64,000 bases of DNA from Candidatus Kapaibacterium sp. (lineage in GTDB: Bacteria > Bacteroidota > Ignavibacteria > Kapaibacteriales > UBA2268), in the NCBI GenBank assembly GCA_963665665.1, contig OY762428.1, forward strand, positions 4,512,001 to 4,576,000. Reading direction: 5' to 3'. Position numbers and translations under genes: made by a program. Shown in pieces: positions 51,039 to 61,704 of the stretch. The notes below the pieces were generated by a model. That model was not told where the DNA came from. It was given only the letters and a program-made list of their open reading frames with translations, and made no database searches. The stretch's first letter is position 1. Each line of letters begins with the position of its first letter.

Positions 51039-52396
51039 AGCATACTCCTGTCGATATCAAATTTGAATTTTAAAAGCATTGCAGGTATATCGTAAAGATA
51101 GAAAGCCGGGTAGTGAATGTTCATGTTCATAGTTTTATTTGTACGGCTTATCGAAATATAGTTCCCGGGGATTGGTTCCCAGGCGAGTCCGGCATTGTAG
51201 AATGGAAACTCAGTACTTTCAAGGTTGCTGGCTTGTATATAATTATAATCAAGTTCGTAAAAGAGTTTTATTTTTTTATAGATGAAATAATCCGCGTTTA
51301 GCCTGAATGTAAGCCCATGAACATTCATATTCTGATATTCCGTATAAACAGCCCATTGGCTGAAAGGGCGATCAAAAACATAAATAGGGTATAGATTGTC
51401 GCCGATTGTCTTGCAACAACCAGTTTCTTCATTATCCCTGAATAAACTGCCGGGTGTAATATATCCAAGATTATAATAATATCCGAACCAGCGATATTCA
51501 AGCAGGCCGTAATAGTTTATACCCCAAAAGTTACCTTTGGTTTTAGCCCCTGCAAGAAATGCGGACCTGTACTTAGCATCAATATTCTCGTCGTATATCG
51601 CCCTTTGGGCGTATTGAGCATAAACTCTCGAAGAGCTGTCATACAAGCCGATGGAGAAAGTCATTCCGTTGTCATAATTTTCATTACTCAAAATAAATTT
51701 GTCTCCGGCAGCATAATTATATAGCCCTGCCCGGATATCCATTTTATAGTTTTTAAATATTTCAAATCCTTCGGCAGATAATATCCAGTCATCGGAATCA
51801 CCAATTCCGAGGCCATATCCAAAAAGAAGATCACCGTATCTCTGGAAAGCAAACCTGAATTTATCCCACTCAACAAAAAAGTAGGAACCCTGAGCATCGA
51901 AATTATAAAAGTTCAGCCCCTCATATAAGCAAACCTGGTCATAATTACCTACATTTACTCCGGCCCGGAATTCTTTTCCAAAAATTTCACATACCGTTGT
52001 GTCTAAACCAAAATTAATCCTGGGATAAAAAATCATGTTGTCCGTACTGAAAACCCCGTAGGATATACCCCGGTGTTCTGCCACAAAATGTGCGTTCACA
52101 TCGAACCCCCAGCCTTTTATTCTGCCGTTGAAATCCACATACGCTGCGCCGTGATATAGGGGGCAATCGGTATCCAAGAAATAATACTCGCTGTCAATGC
52201 CTGCGTTTTTTCTTCTGACTTCCTTTATATAAGAATTATCGTTATCACCGGGTGTATCCCCACCTCCATGATAGTAATGCCCTCCGCTTATGTTGTAATC
52301 ATAACCGAATTTACTTAGAAGTCCGGTTGAATCTGCAGAAAAAGTGATGAATATTGTTGATAAAAAAGATATTAATACTAAAATTGATGTTTTCAA
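51035..52396 (-). CDS. Hypothetical outer-membrane beta-barrel protein
   Basis: TTG start with GGAGG RBS, signal peptide, and aromatic-rich alternating strands. Confidence 0.65.
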   Translation of the reverse strand: MKTSILVLISFLSTIFITFSADSTGLLSKFGYDYNISGGHYYHGGGDTPGDNDNSYIKEVRRKNAGIDSEYYFLDTDCPLYHGAAYVDFNGRIKGWGFDVNAHFVAEHRGISYGVFSTDNMIFYPRINFGLDTTVCEIFGKEFRAGVNVGNYDQVCLYEGLNFYNFDAQGSYFFVEWDKFRFAFQRYGDLLFGYGLGIGDSDDWILSAEGFEIFKNYKMDIRAGLYNYAAGDKFILSNENYDNGMTFSIGLYDSSSRVYAQYAQRAIYDENIDAKYRSAFLAGAKTKGNFWGINYYGLLEYRWFGYYYNLGYITPGSLFRDNEETGCCKTIGDNLYPIYVFDRPFSQWAVYTEYQNMNVHGLTFRLNADYFIYKKIKLFYELDYNYIQASNLESTEFPFYNAGLAWEPIPGNYISISRTNKTMNMNIHYPAFYLYDIPAMLLKFKFDIDRSML

Positions 52397-52527
52397 TTAA
52401 TCCTCCAAAAAATCGGACAAAAATATTTAATTAACAAACATGACAATAACAGATAACTAATAAAAACATGTACAAAGTTTAACAAAATTCTTTAACAAGA
52501 TAATCTGTTTGTCATTTTTGAAAATAA

Positions 52528-52559
52528 TAAAAAAAGCCTTGTCCCGAAAGACAAGGCTA
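52528..52559 (-). terminator. Terminator of the PpiD-like gene
   Basis: AGCCTTGTC...GACAAGGCT with a minus-strand U-run. Confidence 0.7.
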
Positions 52560-52583
52560 TTAAAGTCATATATAAAATCTGAA

Positions 52584-54776
52584 TTAGTATTCTATATAGA
52601 ACTGGCTTCTGTTATCAACAATATCTGCTTCTTTTTTTGCAGCAGAGAACCAGTTATAGAATGCTGATTGTTTTGAACTGTTCTTAAGCTGTTCAATATA
52701 TCCCGGAAGAGCATTAGCAACGTCCTGGTCGGAAGGAATATTACGGGATTTAACGATCATTATATAATACCCGCTTTCGCCGCGAACAGGGCCGATTACT
52801 TTGCTAAGCGGAGCATTAAATGCTTCAGCGCTGAAGGCAAAATCAGTACCTATACCTGGAACAACTCCATTGTTCTTTAGGTCTGAAGTTGTTTTATAAT
52901 CAACTTTTGGATCCATTTCAAGGGCACCTGCAAGGGTTTGAGCACCTGACAGCTTGCCATAGAGATTTTCAGCCATAGGTTTCAGCATATCAAGTTTTTT
53001 CTTGTCAACAAGTTTTCTTCTTATTTCATCTTTAACATCATCAAAAGGTTTGATACCTTCATTGCGGATTTCACTCACCTGCGGAACAACAAATCCGTAA
53101 TAATCCATTTCAAGCGGTTCAATTACATCGCCAAGTTCAGATTTGAATACTTTTGCAGTAAGGTATCTGGAACCAAGAATCGATCTGTCTTCCTCTATCA
53201 TAGCCGGAGAGTTTACCCTGAGGCCCTGTCTTGCAGCAAGTGTATCGAAGGAAACAGAACCTTCCTGAACCTGCTTGAAGAAAGAGAAAGCGTCGCGTTT
53301 AAGGATATTTCTTGTAACATTTGAAATTCTTGGTGAAATAACGATTTCAGAATATGCAATTTCATCTGACTTTTTGTCTTCAACTTTGATAATATGGAAT
53401 CCGAACTGGCTTTCAACCGGCCCTACAATATCGCCGGCATTTGCGCCAAATGCTGCATCTTCAAATGGTTTTACCATTCTGCCGCGTTCAAAGTAACCAA
53501 GATCGCCGCCACGAGCGCCGGAGCCTTTGTCCTGAGAATTTTCTCTTGCCAGTGCAGCGAAATCCTCTCCGCTTTTAGCTCTTTTAAGGATGTCTTTCGC
53601 AACTGCAAGAGCGCTGTCTTTGTTGTTATTGAAATTAATAAGAACGTGGCTTGCTTTTACCACTTCGTTTTCGCCCTGCCTGCGTCCGTCAATACGAACA
53701 AACCTTACACCGTCGTGCATTTTGATAGGGCCTACAACCTGTCGGTCCTGGAGGCTCATCAGGATAGACATGATTTGCGGTGCAATATCTTTGGCAAGAG
53801 TATAATCATGTGTTTCGCCGCCGAACTGGTCAAGAACATAATCGAAGAGGCTGTCTCTTACAACAAGGTCTGTACTTTTGTTAAGTTCATTGGCAATCCT
53901 GTCCACTCTTTTACCTGCCCTGTTAGTATCATCAATGGAAGGCTGGATCGGGAAAGATACATATTTAATAGTTCTTGCTGGATTTTGCTTGTAGAGTGTT
54001 TTGTGTGAATCGTAGTATTTCTTGATCTCATCATCAGAAACCTTAACTTCAGCATCACTGATAATTTTTTTCAGGTAGAAAGCATATTCAACTTCTGCAT
54101 TACTGTTTTCAGCAATATATTTTTCCCTGGCAAAGTCGGGAGAAATTACAGATTCAGCTGAACCAACAAGATTGATAAGCCTTTGAACCATGAGCGACCT
54201 TCTCAGGTTTTCCTCGATTGAGAAAAGCTGGTCGCGCCACTGCTGAACCATTTTTCTGATTTCTTCCTGCGGAACCTGTGAAGGATCCTGGAACATGTAC
54301 TTGGGATAATTCTCAGGGTTGGTTACGATGTCAAGGTAAATGCTTCTCATGAATTTACCTGTTGAATCAGAAAATGCTCTTCTGAGATCCGGAGGAGGAT
54401 TATCAATGAGTACATCCCTGATCTCTTCATCAGTTACCTGTATGCCTGCATTATTCGCAAACTGGGCAATAAGAGTTTCTTCGATAATATTGTTCCAAAC
54501 CTGGTTTCTGACCTGCTTGTCATTTACTTCTGCTTCTTTACCTTGCTGCTGCTGTCTCAATCTTTCGTTTTCAACTGCAACCCGTACTTTTTCCTCAAAT
54601 TCTGTGCGAAGGATCTCTTGTCCGTTTACTACTGCAATAACGGCGCTTTGCGGGTTGTTTCTTGACCTCACAATGTCCTCACCGCCAGATGAGTACACAA
54701 AGTAAGCAATAAGCAAGACTGCAAAAGTACCGAATAAATAAGGTGATAGCTGTCGAATTCTTTCAAATGTTCCCAT
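52584..54776 (-). CDS. PpiD/SurA-like membrane-anchored parvulin peptidyl-prolyl isomerase
   Basis: N-terminal TM and SurA-N; ASHVLI, DF..LA..NSQD.GS..RGGDLGYF, MVKPFE, VESQFGFHII. Confidence 0.88.
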   Translation of the reverse strand: MGTFERIRQLSPYLFGTFAVLLIAYFVYSSGGEDIVRSRNNPQSAVIAVVNGQEILRTEFEEKVRVAVENERLRQQQQGKEAEVNDKQVRNQVWNNIIEETLIAQFANNAGIQVTDEEIRDVLIDNPPPDLRRAFSDSTGKFMRSIYLDIVTNPENYPKYMFQDPSQVPQEEIRKMVQQWRDQLFSIEENLRRSLMVQRLINLVGSAESVISPDFAREKYIAENSNAEVEYAFYLKKIISDAEVKVSDDEIKKYYDSHKTLYKQNPARTIKYVSFPIQPSIDDTNRAGKRVDRIANELNKSTDLVVRDSLFDYVLDQFGGETHDYTLAKDIAPQIMSILMSLQDRQVVGPIKMHDGVRFVRIDGRRQGENEVVKASHVLINFNNNKDSALAVAKDILKRAKSGEDFAALARENSQDKGSGARGGDLGYFERGRMVKPFEDAAFGANAGDIVGPVESQFGFHIIKVEDKKSDEIAYSEIVISPRISNVTRNILKRDAFSFFKQVQEGSVSFDTLAARQGLRVNSPAMIEEDRSILGSRYLTAKVFKSELGDVIEPLEMDYYGFVVPQVSEIRNEGIKPFDDVKDEIRRKLVDKKKLDMLKPMAENLYGKLSGAQTLAGALEMDPKVDYKTTSDLKNNGVVPGIGTDFAFSAEAFNAPLSKVIGPVRGESGYYIMIVKSRNIPSDQDVANALPGYIEQLKNSSKQSAFYNWFSAAKKEADIVDNRSQFYIEY

Positions 54777-54997
54777 TCAAAAACACTCCGTTTATTAGAA
54801 ATTATTATTAGTTATTCTCATGTTTTCAAAAAATCATAAGTACTCGAAACAACAAAATTATATCAGGCAGGGTTAATATCCAACTTTCTTTTATAGAAAA
54901 CAGATATTTTATGAAAATAAAATTTAAAAAATTGGCAAAAAAGTATATTTTTTAATTTTCAAGGCTACTATAACCTGAAATAAATTTTTAACTCAGA

Positions 54998-56176
54998 CTA
55001 TTCCGAAGTTATTTCAATAAACGAAGGATCGCTCCAGTATTTTTTAAAATGACTGTCATTCCTTGCAGTATTTCCGTATGCCGGATCAAGGCCTACTGCT
55101 TTAAGCAGGAATTCGTACATTTGGGTTGTCTCGTCTTTTTCAAGTTTCAATATTGAGTAATTATACCAGGTATTGGCATAATCCGGATTTAATTCAATTG
55201 CTGATTTGAATGAATATTCCGCCTCTTCCAGGAAACCCAGGCGTGTAAGGCAGTAGCCGCGAAGATTCCATGCCCTGAATTCCGAAGAATCAATCCTGAT
55301 AACAAGATTGTTGTCCGAAAGGGCCTTTTTAAAGTCATCAAAACGAATAGAGTTGATAGATCTGTACAGAAAAAGTTCGGTATTTCTCGGTTGTAATGAT
55401 ATTGCATAAGTAAAATCCTCGTCGGCCAGGTAGTAGCGGCCTGCCTCGTGGTATGCAAGAGCCCTTCTCAGGTAATAGTCCGGGTTGTTGGGTACAATAT
55501 CAATAGCTTCAGCGAAATTTTCGATAGCCCGGTTAAACTCACCGGATTCAAAATACAGGTTGCCTCGGTTATAATATGCCGGGGCGTGATCGGGATTGAT
55601 TGTTATTGCCTCGTTATAATCCCTCAGTGCGGATTGTTTGTCCCCTGAAAGAAGGTAAGTACGTGCCCTGACGGAATATCCGTTCGCATTCAGGGAATCA
55701 ATCTTTAAAAGGTAGGAAAGGTCGCTAAGTGCCTGATTATAATCGCCGGCATTCATGTTTATCTCGCCGCGTGTAAGCCACAGGCCGGAGCTTAAAGAAT
55801 CAATACTTAGCCCCTGGTCAATAATGTCAATACCTCTTTCATAATCGCCGATAGACATCAGCGCGAGTGCCAGGTTATTATGGGCATCGGTATTCTCAGA
55901 GTCGAACCTGATAGCCGCTTCGAAATCATCAATTGCGCCCGTCATGTTTTTAAGCTGCATCCTGACTTCGCCGCGTTTGTTATATGTATCGGAATTATCG
56001 GGATCTACGGCTAAGGACTGTGTGTATTCTTCTTCGGCGTATTCATAATCTCCCCGGTCGGCGTACTTATCGCCGAGGTAGGAATACCCGCCCGCACCGG
56101 ATCGTGCGCCCGAACAAGAAAATAGAATACTAATCGAGAATAATGTTAATATTAATATAATAAGCCTGAATTTCAT
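54998..56176 (-). CDS. TPR-repeat lipoprotein
   Basis: ATG 56176 with GGAGAGG RBS, lipobox LFSC, and about 9-10 TPRs. Confidence 0.85.
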   Translation of the reverse strand: MKFRLIILILTLFSISILFSCSGARSGAGGYSYLGDKYADRGDYEYAEEEYTQSLAVDPDNSDTYNKRGEVRMQLKNMTGAIDDFEAAIRFDSENTDAHNNLALALMSIGDYERGIDIIDQGLSIDSLSSGLWLTRGEINMNAGDYNQALSDLSYLLKIDSLNANGYSVRARTYLLSGDKQSALRDYNEAITINPDHAPAYYNRGNLYFESGEFNRAIENFAEAIDIVPNNPDYYLRRALAYHEAGRYYLADEDFTYAISLQPRNTELFLYRSINSIRFDDFKKALSDNNLVIRIDSSEFRAWNLRGYCLTRLGFLEEAEYSFKSAIELNPDYANTWYNYSILKLEKDETTQMYEFLLKAVGLDPAYGNTARNDSHFKKYWSDPSFIEITSE

Positions 56177-56425
56177 TTTCCTCTCCATATTAATCTTTGC
56201 TGACAGCCTGAAAAACAACGGCAAAATTACGAATTTTAAAGAGAGCCTCAAATTTATAAGACGTGATAGTCAATATTTAATGCAAAAAATCTGTTTTCAT
56301 GAAGTAATTTTCCCGTTATGATTAATCATTTGAAATTCCTATATTGAGACAGGGAATCTTATATTTTTTTGTTTTAATTGAAATAGCTAAATTGACAAAA
56401 AATACTCATTAATTTAAGGCATGAA

Positions 56426-56779
56426 ATGAATAAAGTACTTACCATTATCCTGGCTTCGCTTCTAAGCATTGCTCTGGTATTGCTGCTTATTGCACACTTG
56501 CAGCTTGATTCAAGGGACGGCGATATTAGCGAGCTGAATTCGCAGATTGACGAATACGGCGTTCTGGTGCAGAATGTATGTTCCGGCAGCAGGTTCTCAT
56601 CCGTGGGAATGGAAAATCTTGTTAACCACGGCTACCAGGTCAGCAAGGAAGAAATAAAAGGATTTTACCTGTTTCATATTATAAAAAAATCAGGCGAAGT
56701 GACAAGGGAATTCCTGATAAAAACAGATACAATGCAGGTTATAAAGGAAATAAAATTTGTTAAACCTATCGAAGATTAA
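56426..56779 (+). CDS. Hypothetical small membrane-anchored protein
   Basis: N-terminal TM and short coiled coil; leads the aro operon. Confidence 0.6.
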   Translation: MNKVLTIILASLLSIALVLLLIAHLQLDSRDGDISELNSQIDEYGVLVQNVCSGSRFSSVGMENLVNHGYQVSKEEIKGFYLFHIIKKSGEVTREFLIKTDTMQVIKEIKFVKPIED

Positions 56780-56793
56780 AACCGGAAATCGAC

Positions 56794-57837
56794 ATGAAAA
56801 AAATTGAATTGAATTTTAAGGATAAAAGCGTTCCCGTTTACGCAGGCGAGGAAATTAAAAACCTGCTGAAATATACTGAAGGACGAAATGTATTATTGGT
56901 TACCGATAATGTAATTGCGCCAATTTACTGGCCTTTCCTGCCGGAAGTGGAAATTGTGGAAATTGACGCCGGCGAAGCGTATAAAACTATGGAAACAGTC
57001 GAATATCTTTACAAAGAATTTATTGATCATAATATCGACAGGAATTCGCTTGTAATAGGTTTTGGCGGCGGCGTGGTGCTGGATATTGTAGGATTTGCCG
57101 CTTCAACCTTTATGCGCGGCGTTCCTTTTGCTTTCATGCCGTCAACACTGCTTGCCCAGGTTGATGCATCCATAGGCGGTAAGAACGGCTATAATTATAT
57201 TGGCGCAGAAAACTTCATGATAAAGAATTTGATCGGGTCTGTCAACCAGCCCGAGTTTATCCTGACTGATTATAACCTGCTTAAAACACTTTCGCTGGAT
57301 CATATTGCAAACGGTTTTGCAGAAGTGATAAAAACCGCACTCATTACCGATCCTTCAATGTTTGAAAGAATTGAAGCAAAATCTTCCAAACTTTTCGACC
57401 TGGAAATTGAGTTTATTTCAGAAATAATTCCGGAATGTATTGAAGCAAAAGGAAGAATTGTAACAGAAGACGAGAAGGAAAGCGGTTTGCGAAAGATCCT
57501 GAATTTCGGGCATACTTTCGGCCACGCTATCGAGCCGCTGTTAGAAGCAGAAGAAGGTTCCGAACACGGAAAAGCCATTAGCATTGGCATGGTTAAAGCT
57601 CTTGAAATATCAGAAAATATCAAGGGGCTTGATAAAAATCTTAGCGAAAGAGTAAAAAAGGTTCTTGCAAGGATTGCCCTGCCAATTGATTTTAAGGGCG
57701 GCGAAGAGAATATTATTGAACTGCTGGGAAATGACAAGAAGAAAAATGCTGATAAAATCGACTTCATCCTACTCGAAGCTATTGGCAAACCGGTAATAGA
57801 AGCAATTGATATTGAAGAACTCGGGAAAATGTTTTGA
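56794..57837 (+). CDS. aroB: 3-dehydroquinate synthase
   Basis: GE..K, GGGVV.D, PSTLLAQVDASIGGK, LNFGHTFGHAIE, HG.A, DKK. Confidence 0.93.
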   Translation: MKKIELNFKDKSVPVYAGEEIKNLLKYTEGRNVLLVTDNVIAPIYWPFLPEVEIVEIDAGEAYKTMETVEYLYKEFIDHNIDRNSLVIGFGGGVVLDIVGFAASTFMRGVPFAFMPSTLLAQVDASIGGKNGYNYIGAENFMIKNLIGSVNQPEFILTDYNLLKTLSLDHIANGFAEVIKTALITDPSMFERIEAKSSKLFDLEIEFISEIIPECIEAKGRIVTEDEKESGLRKILNFGHTFGHAIEPLLEAEEGSEHGKAISIGMVKALEISENIKGLDKNLSERVKKVLARIALPIDFKGGEENIIELLGNDKKKNADKIDFILLEAIGKPVIEAIDIEELGKMF

Positions 57838-58472
57838 TTTGTACAAGCATAATGGTTGAAAGCCTGGAGCAGGCGGAAAAAATGGCTTCGATTTATCCTT
57901 TCGTGGAATTGCGGGTTGATAACGTTGTTCTTTGCAGGGAAAACCTTGAAAACCTGATAAAGATAAATAATAAGCTGATAATTACTTGTCGGAAAAGCGG
58001 CCTGACAAAGCAGGAACGTCAAACTAACCTGCTCAGGGCCGTTGATGCCGGCGTAAGCTATATAGATGTCGGCCTGGAGGAAAGCCATTCCCTGATAATG
58101 AACCTGAGAAAGAATATGAGTTCGGAACAGAAGCTGATAATTTCCTATCATAATAATGAAAGCCTCCCGCCAATGGATGAGCTTTTATCGCTTATAAATA
58201 TTTGTTTCGATTCCGGGGCTGATATTGCAAAAGTAGCCTGCCAGTGTAACAGCCGTACTGATGCTGCTAAAATGCTTGCTCTATATTCCGGGCAGGCTTT
58301 TCAATCACGACTGATATCAATTGGCATGGGTGATAAAGGAAAGATAACCCGTATTGCCGGAGTTGCTATGGGGGCGCCTTTTACTTATGCACGTGCAGAC
58401 GAAGGGAAGGAAACAGCTCCCGGCCAGTTTGCATATTCGGAAATGAAAGAAATTCTGGATAAGCTGCTATGA
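57834..58472 (+). CDS. aroD: Type I 3-dehydroquinate dehydratase
   Basis: VELRVD, T.R, IISYHN, GADIAK.A, MG..G..TR, TAPGQ; TTG start overlapping the aroB stop. Confidence 0.88.
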   Translation: MICTSIMVESLEQAEKMASIYPFVELRVDNVVLCRENLENLIKINNKLIITCRKSGLTKQERQTNLLRAVDAGVSYIDVGLEESHSLIMNLRKNMSSEQKLIISYHNNESLPPMDELLSLINICFDSGADIAKVACQCNSRTDAAKMLALYSGQAFQSRLISIGMGDKGKITRIAGVAMGAPFTYARADEGKETAPGQFAYSEMKEILDKLL

Positions 58473-59755
58473 GTTCAGGATTAAAAAAAATTGCAGTGGC
58501 CGGCAAGCCAATATTCCATAGTAAAAGCCCGGATATGTTTAACCAGTATTTCAGTGATATTGGGATTAACGCACATTATTCCAGGATTGCAGCCGATGAC
58601 GTAGGCGATATTGATTTCCTGATGAATGAAATCGGAATAGACGGATTAAATATTACCATGCCGTTCAAATCTGATATTATCGATATTGCCGATGAAATAC
58701 ATTTCAGCGTGAAAGCTACCGACGCGGCTAATACAATTGTACGCAAAGGAAGCCATTTGTTTGCAGCAAATACAGATATTTACGGTGTTGAAAACAGTAT
58801 TCGCGACATCATTGGGAACATTCCCGAAAGCACCCTGATAATTGGTAGCGGTAATGCAGCTTCGGCAGCCGCCTGTGCAATGAATAAAGCCGGTTCCGAC
58901 ACGGTAATTTGCGGGAGGAATATTATTAAGGCAACAGTTCTGTCAGAGAAGCTAAGAGTATCTTTTGCATTGATGAAAAATATAAAAAATATCATTGGCA
59001 GATTTGATTTGATAATTTCAACTCTGCTGCCCGGGATTGATATATTTGACGATATTAGTTTTTCACCGGATCAGATAATATTGGAGGCAGCCTATATAAA
59101 TCCCGTACTGAAAGACAAATCTGAAATATGCGGGGCTAAATATATTAACGGTAAGGAATGGCTTCTTCGCCAGGCCGAATCAAGCGCCCGCTATTTTCTG
59201 CCGGGGAAGGACCTTGAAGAAATAAGGGAAAGTTTCAGAACAGGCCTTGGAAAAGAATCAGACGGAAAGAATATTTATCTTATTGGCTTCATGGCCAGCG
59301 GGAAAACAACTATCGGAAAAAAAGTTGCAAAAGCGCTGAATAAAACTTTCTTTGATATTGATAAAGAGATTGAAAAGCAGGAGGGAATAAAGATAAGTGA
59401 AATATTCGAGAAAAACGGGGAGGACTATTTCAGGAACCTTGAAACGGAAATTCTCGGAGAACTTTCTCAGAGTGATAATTGCATTATCGCCTGTGGCGGA
59501 GGAACTCAATCGAGCGAATTAAACCGTAAGTTAATAAATTCGTCGGGCAGGGCAATCTGGCTGTACAAACCTTTTGAAAGATGCATGGCAAAAGCTAAGA
59601 AAAATGATAAACGCCCCCTGGCAAAAGATGAGAGCAAAGCCAGGGAACTTTTTGAACAAAGACAGGATGATTACTTTCTGACATCAGACCTGATTGTTAA
59701 TGCTGCAAGAAAGAATGATGATATTATTAAGAAAATTCTATCCGAAATATCTTGA
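58469..59755 (+). CDS. Fused shikimate dehydrogenase-shikimate kinase (AroE-AroK)
   Basis: N-terminal HSKSP, NITMPFK, AANT, NTD, IIGSG; C-terminal GFMASGKTT Walker A, GE.YFR.LE, ACGGG, RPL. Confidence 0.88.
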   Translation: MSSGLKKIAVAGKPIFHSKSPDMFNQYFSDIGINAHYSRIAADDVGDIDFLMNEIGIDGLNITMPFKSDIIDIADEIHFSVKATDAANTIVRKGSHLFAANTDIYGVENSIRDIIGNIPESTLIIGSGNAASAAACAMNKAGSDTVICGRNIIKATVLSEKLRVSFALMKNIKNIIGRFDLIISTLLPGIDIFDDISFSPDQIILEAAYINPVLKDKSEICGAKYINGKEWLLRQAESSARYFLPGKDLEEIRESFRTGLGKESDGKNIYLIGFMASGKTTIGKKVAKALNKTFFDIDKEIEKQEGIKISEIFEKNGEDYFRNLETEILGELSQSDNCIIACGGGTQSSELNRKLINSSGRAIWLYKPFERCMAKAKKNDKRPLAKDESKARELFEQRQDDYFLTSDLIVNAARKNDDIIKKILSEIS

Positions 59756-59938
59756 TCAGACTTTTGCGGATAAAAAAAGTTATCAACTCTTGCAAAATAT
59801 TTTTCCTTTGGATTATTAGAAATACAATATAATCAGCTTTTACCCGATTTGAATTTCAACTTTTGATTGTTAAATTCGTAGAAATATTAATAACATAAAT
59901 CTTTAATGGTTTGATATGGATAATTTAATTATATATAT

Positions 59939-60358
59939 TTGATTATGGATCGAATAAAAAAAGAACATAAATTTGTTTCAGATGTAAAAGAAATTCTGAG
60001 TTTCGCCAGAAATAAAGCTTATAGGGCAATAAATTCAGCAATGGTAGATGCTTATTGGTTAATTGGTAAAAGAATAACCGAAGAAGAACAATCAGGAATG
60101 GAAAGAGCAGAATACGGGAAATATATTTTAAAACTATTGTCGAAAGAACTTAAAAGTGAATTTGGCAAAGGATTTGGCGAACGTGAATTGCGAAGAATGA
60201 GACAATTTTATTTAACTTTTCCAATTCGGGGCACACTGCGCCCCGAATTGAGTTGGAGTCATTATTAACATTATCTTTCTTATCTTCCAACTGAAGAAGA
60301 ATTGGTTGCTGTAATAGAAAATGAAAAAATTGTATTTAAAGAAAAAATAACGAAATAA
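59939..60358 (+). pseudogene. YhcG/DUF1016 PD-(D/E)XK nuclease pseudogene with an internal deletion
   Basis: N-domain motifs (INS.MV..YW.IG..I.EEEQ.G..RA.YG, L..MRQFY, LSWSHY), then TAA, then in frame HYLSYLPTEEEL, the typical YhcG C-terminus. The nuclease domain is missing. Confidence 0.8.
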
Positions 60359-60378
60359 ATATTTAAAAGAAGTTTTTT

Positions 60379-60840
60379 ATGAAAAAAATATTAGAAAATC
60401 CAATAGTCAGCTTTGTTGCCAGAGCCATCCTTGCCTATGTTTTTATATATGCAGCTTACGGTAAAATAATTGATGCTAGGCAGTTTTCTTACGAGATTGC
60501 CAATTACAATATCCTTCCGGATATTTTTATAAACATGATGGCCCTGGTACTGCCATGGCTGGAACTGTTCATGGCCTTATGTCTTCTAATCGGTTACAGG
60601 TTAAAGGCTAACGCGGCAATAAGCGCCGGAATGAATATAATGTTCATAGCCGCCATTTCTATTGCTATGATGCAGGGCCTGGATATTAACTGCGGATGCT
60701 TTGCAAATTCCGCAACCAAGGTTGGCTGGCAAAAACTTGCCGAGGATGCCGGACTTTTAATATTGTCGGTATATATTTTCATTAAGCCTGTTGATACACT
60801 TACCATCGGCAGGTTTTTTGGCAGAAAAAGCCTGAGCTGA
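60379..60840 (+). CDS. DoxX/MauE-family membrane protein
   Basis: R..L..VF..A...K, LPWLE, GLDINCGCF. Confidence 0.85.
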   Translation: MKKILENPIVSFVARAILAYVFIYAAYGKIIDARQFSYEIANYNILPDIFINMMALVLPWLELFMALCLLIGYRLKANAAISAGMNIMFIAAISIAMMQGLDINCGCFANSATKVGWQKLAEDAGLLILSVYIFIKPVDTLTIGRFFGRKSLS

Positions 60841-60876
60841 ACAAAAAATTCCAAAGTAGAACTTTGAGGAAAATAT

Positions 60877-61470
60877 CCTTCCCAAGTACAACTTGGGAAG
60901 GAGGGAAAATCACCTGTCCCCCGCTGGCGGGGGTGCCCGAAGGGCGGGGGTGGACTTCCGGAAAAATTCCCCTCGTTGAGGGGTGGCGAGCGCAGCGAGT
61001 TCCCGACACGTCGGGACAGGCTGGGGTGGATTCTTTTTCTTAGTCTCAAGGTGCTATTATCCACGAGCTAAAGCACGTGGCTATTGAATTTGACGATTAT
61101 AAGGCTGGGATGTCATTCTGAGCGCCAGCGAAGAATCCATTCTTAATACCTAATCTGCAAAGAAAGATGGATTCTTCGATCGCAAGCTCCTTCAGAATGA
61201 CGGATGGGAATGTCCCCCGCTGGCGGGGGTGTCCGAAGGACGGGGGTGGACTTCCGGAAAATTCCCCTCTCGAGGGGTGGCGAGCGCAGCGAGACGGGGT
61301 GGATTCTTTTTCTTAGCCTCCCTTATCCACGAGCTAAAGCACGTGGCTATTGAATTTTGCGATGCTCTGCATGGATTGTCATACTGAGTGGAGCGAAGTA
61401 TCCATTCTTCATACATTATCTGGCTAAAGAAGATGGATTCTTCAGTCGCTTCGCTCCGTCAGAATGACAA
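60877..61470. repeat. Cluster of REP-like palindromic modules, left block
   Basis: GC-rich CCCCCGCTGGCGGGGG modules at 60915 and 61211; CCACGAGCTAAAGCACGTGG at about 61061 and 61327; TGTCAT..GAG...GAATGAC hairpins at 61111-61201 and 61377-61469. Confidence 0.8.
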
Positions 61471-61704
61471 CATAACACCTCCTTCTCCGGCCCTTTCCCC
61501 CCGTTCTTCCACCCCAATGAACAGGCCGCAGGACTTAATTCCCTATCCTGTGGTTTCAATGAACCGGATAATTTCCTTACTTCAATGCTGTTTTGAACCA
61601 GAATTCAAATGTTTGGGCTAATTGCTTGGATTGCAGGGCTTTAAACTGCCATGGCCGGAGTTATTGAATCATTGTTTGGCCTTAATGTAGTGAAATTTGG
61701 CCTC

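Noticed and set aside
57300-58151. 283-aa minus-strand ORF, and similar antisense ORFs such as 53394-54008 and 48048-48605
   Set aside because: Shadow ORFs antisense to well-supported genes.
60594-61621. ORFs across the REP cluster
   Set aside because: Translations of GC-rich palindromes with no transposase motifs.
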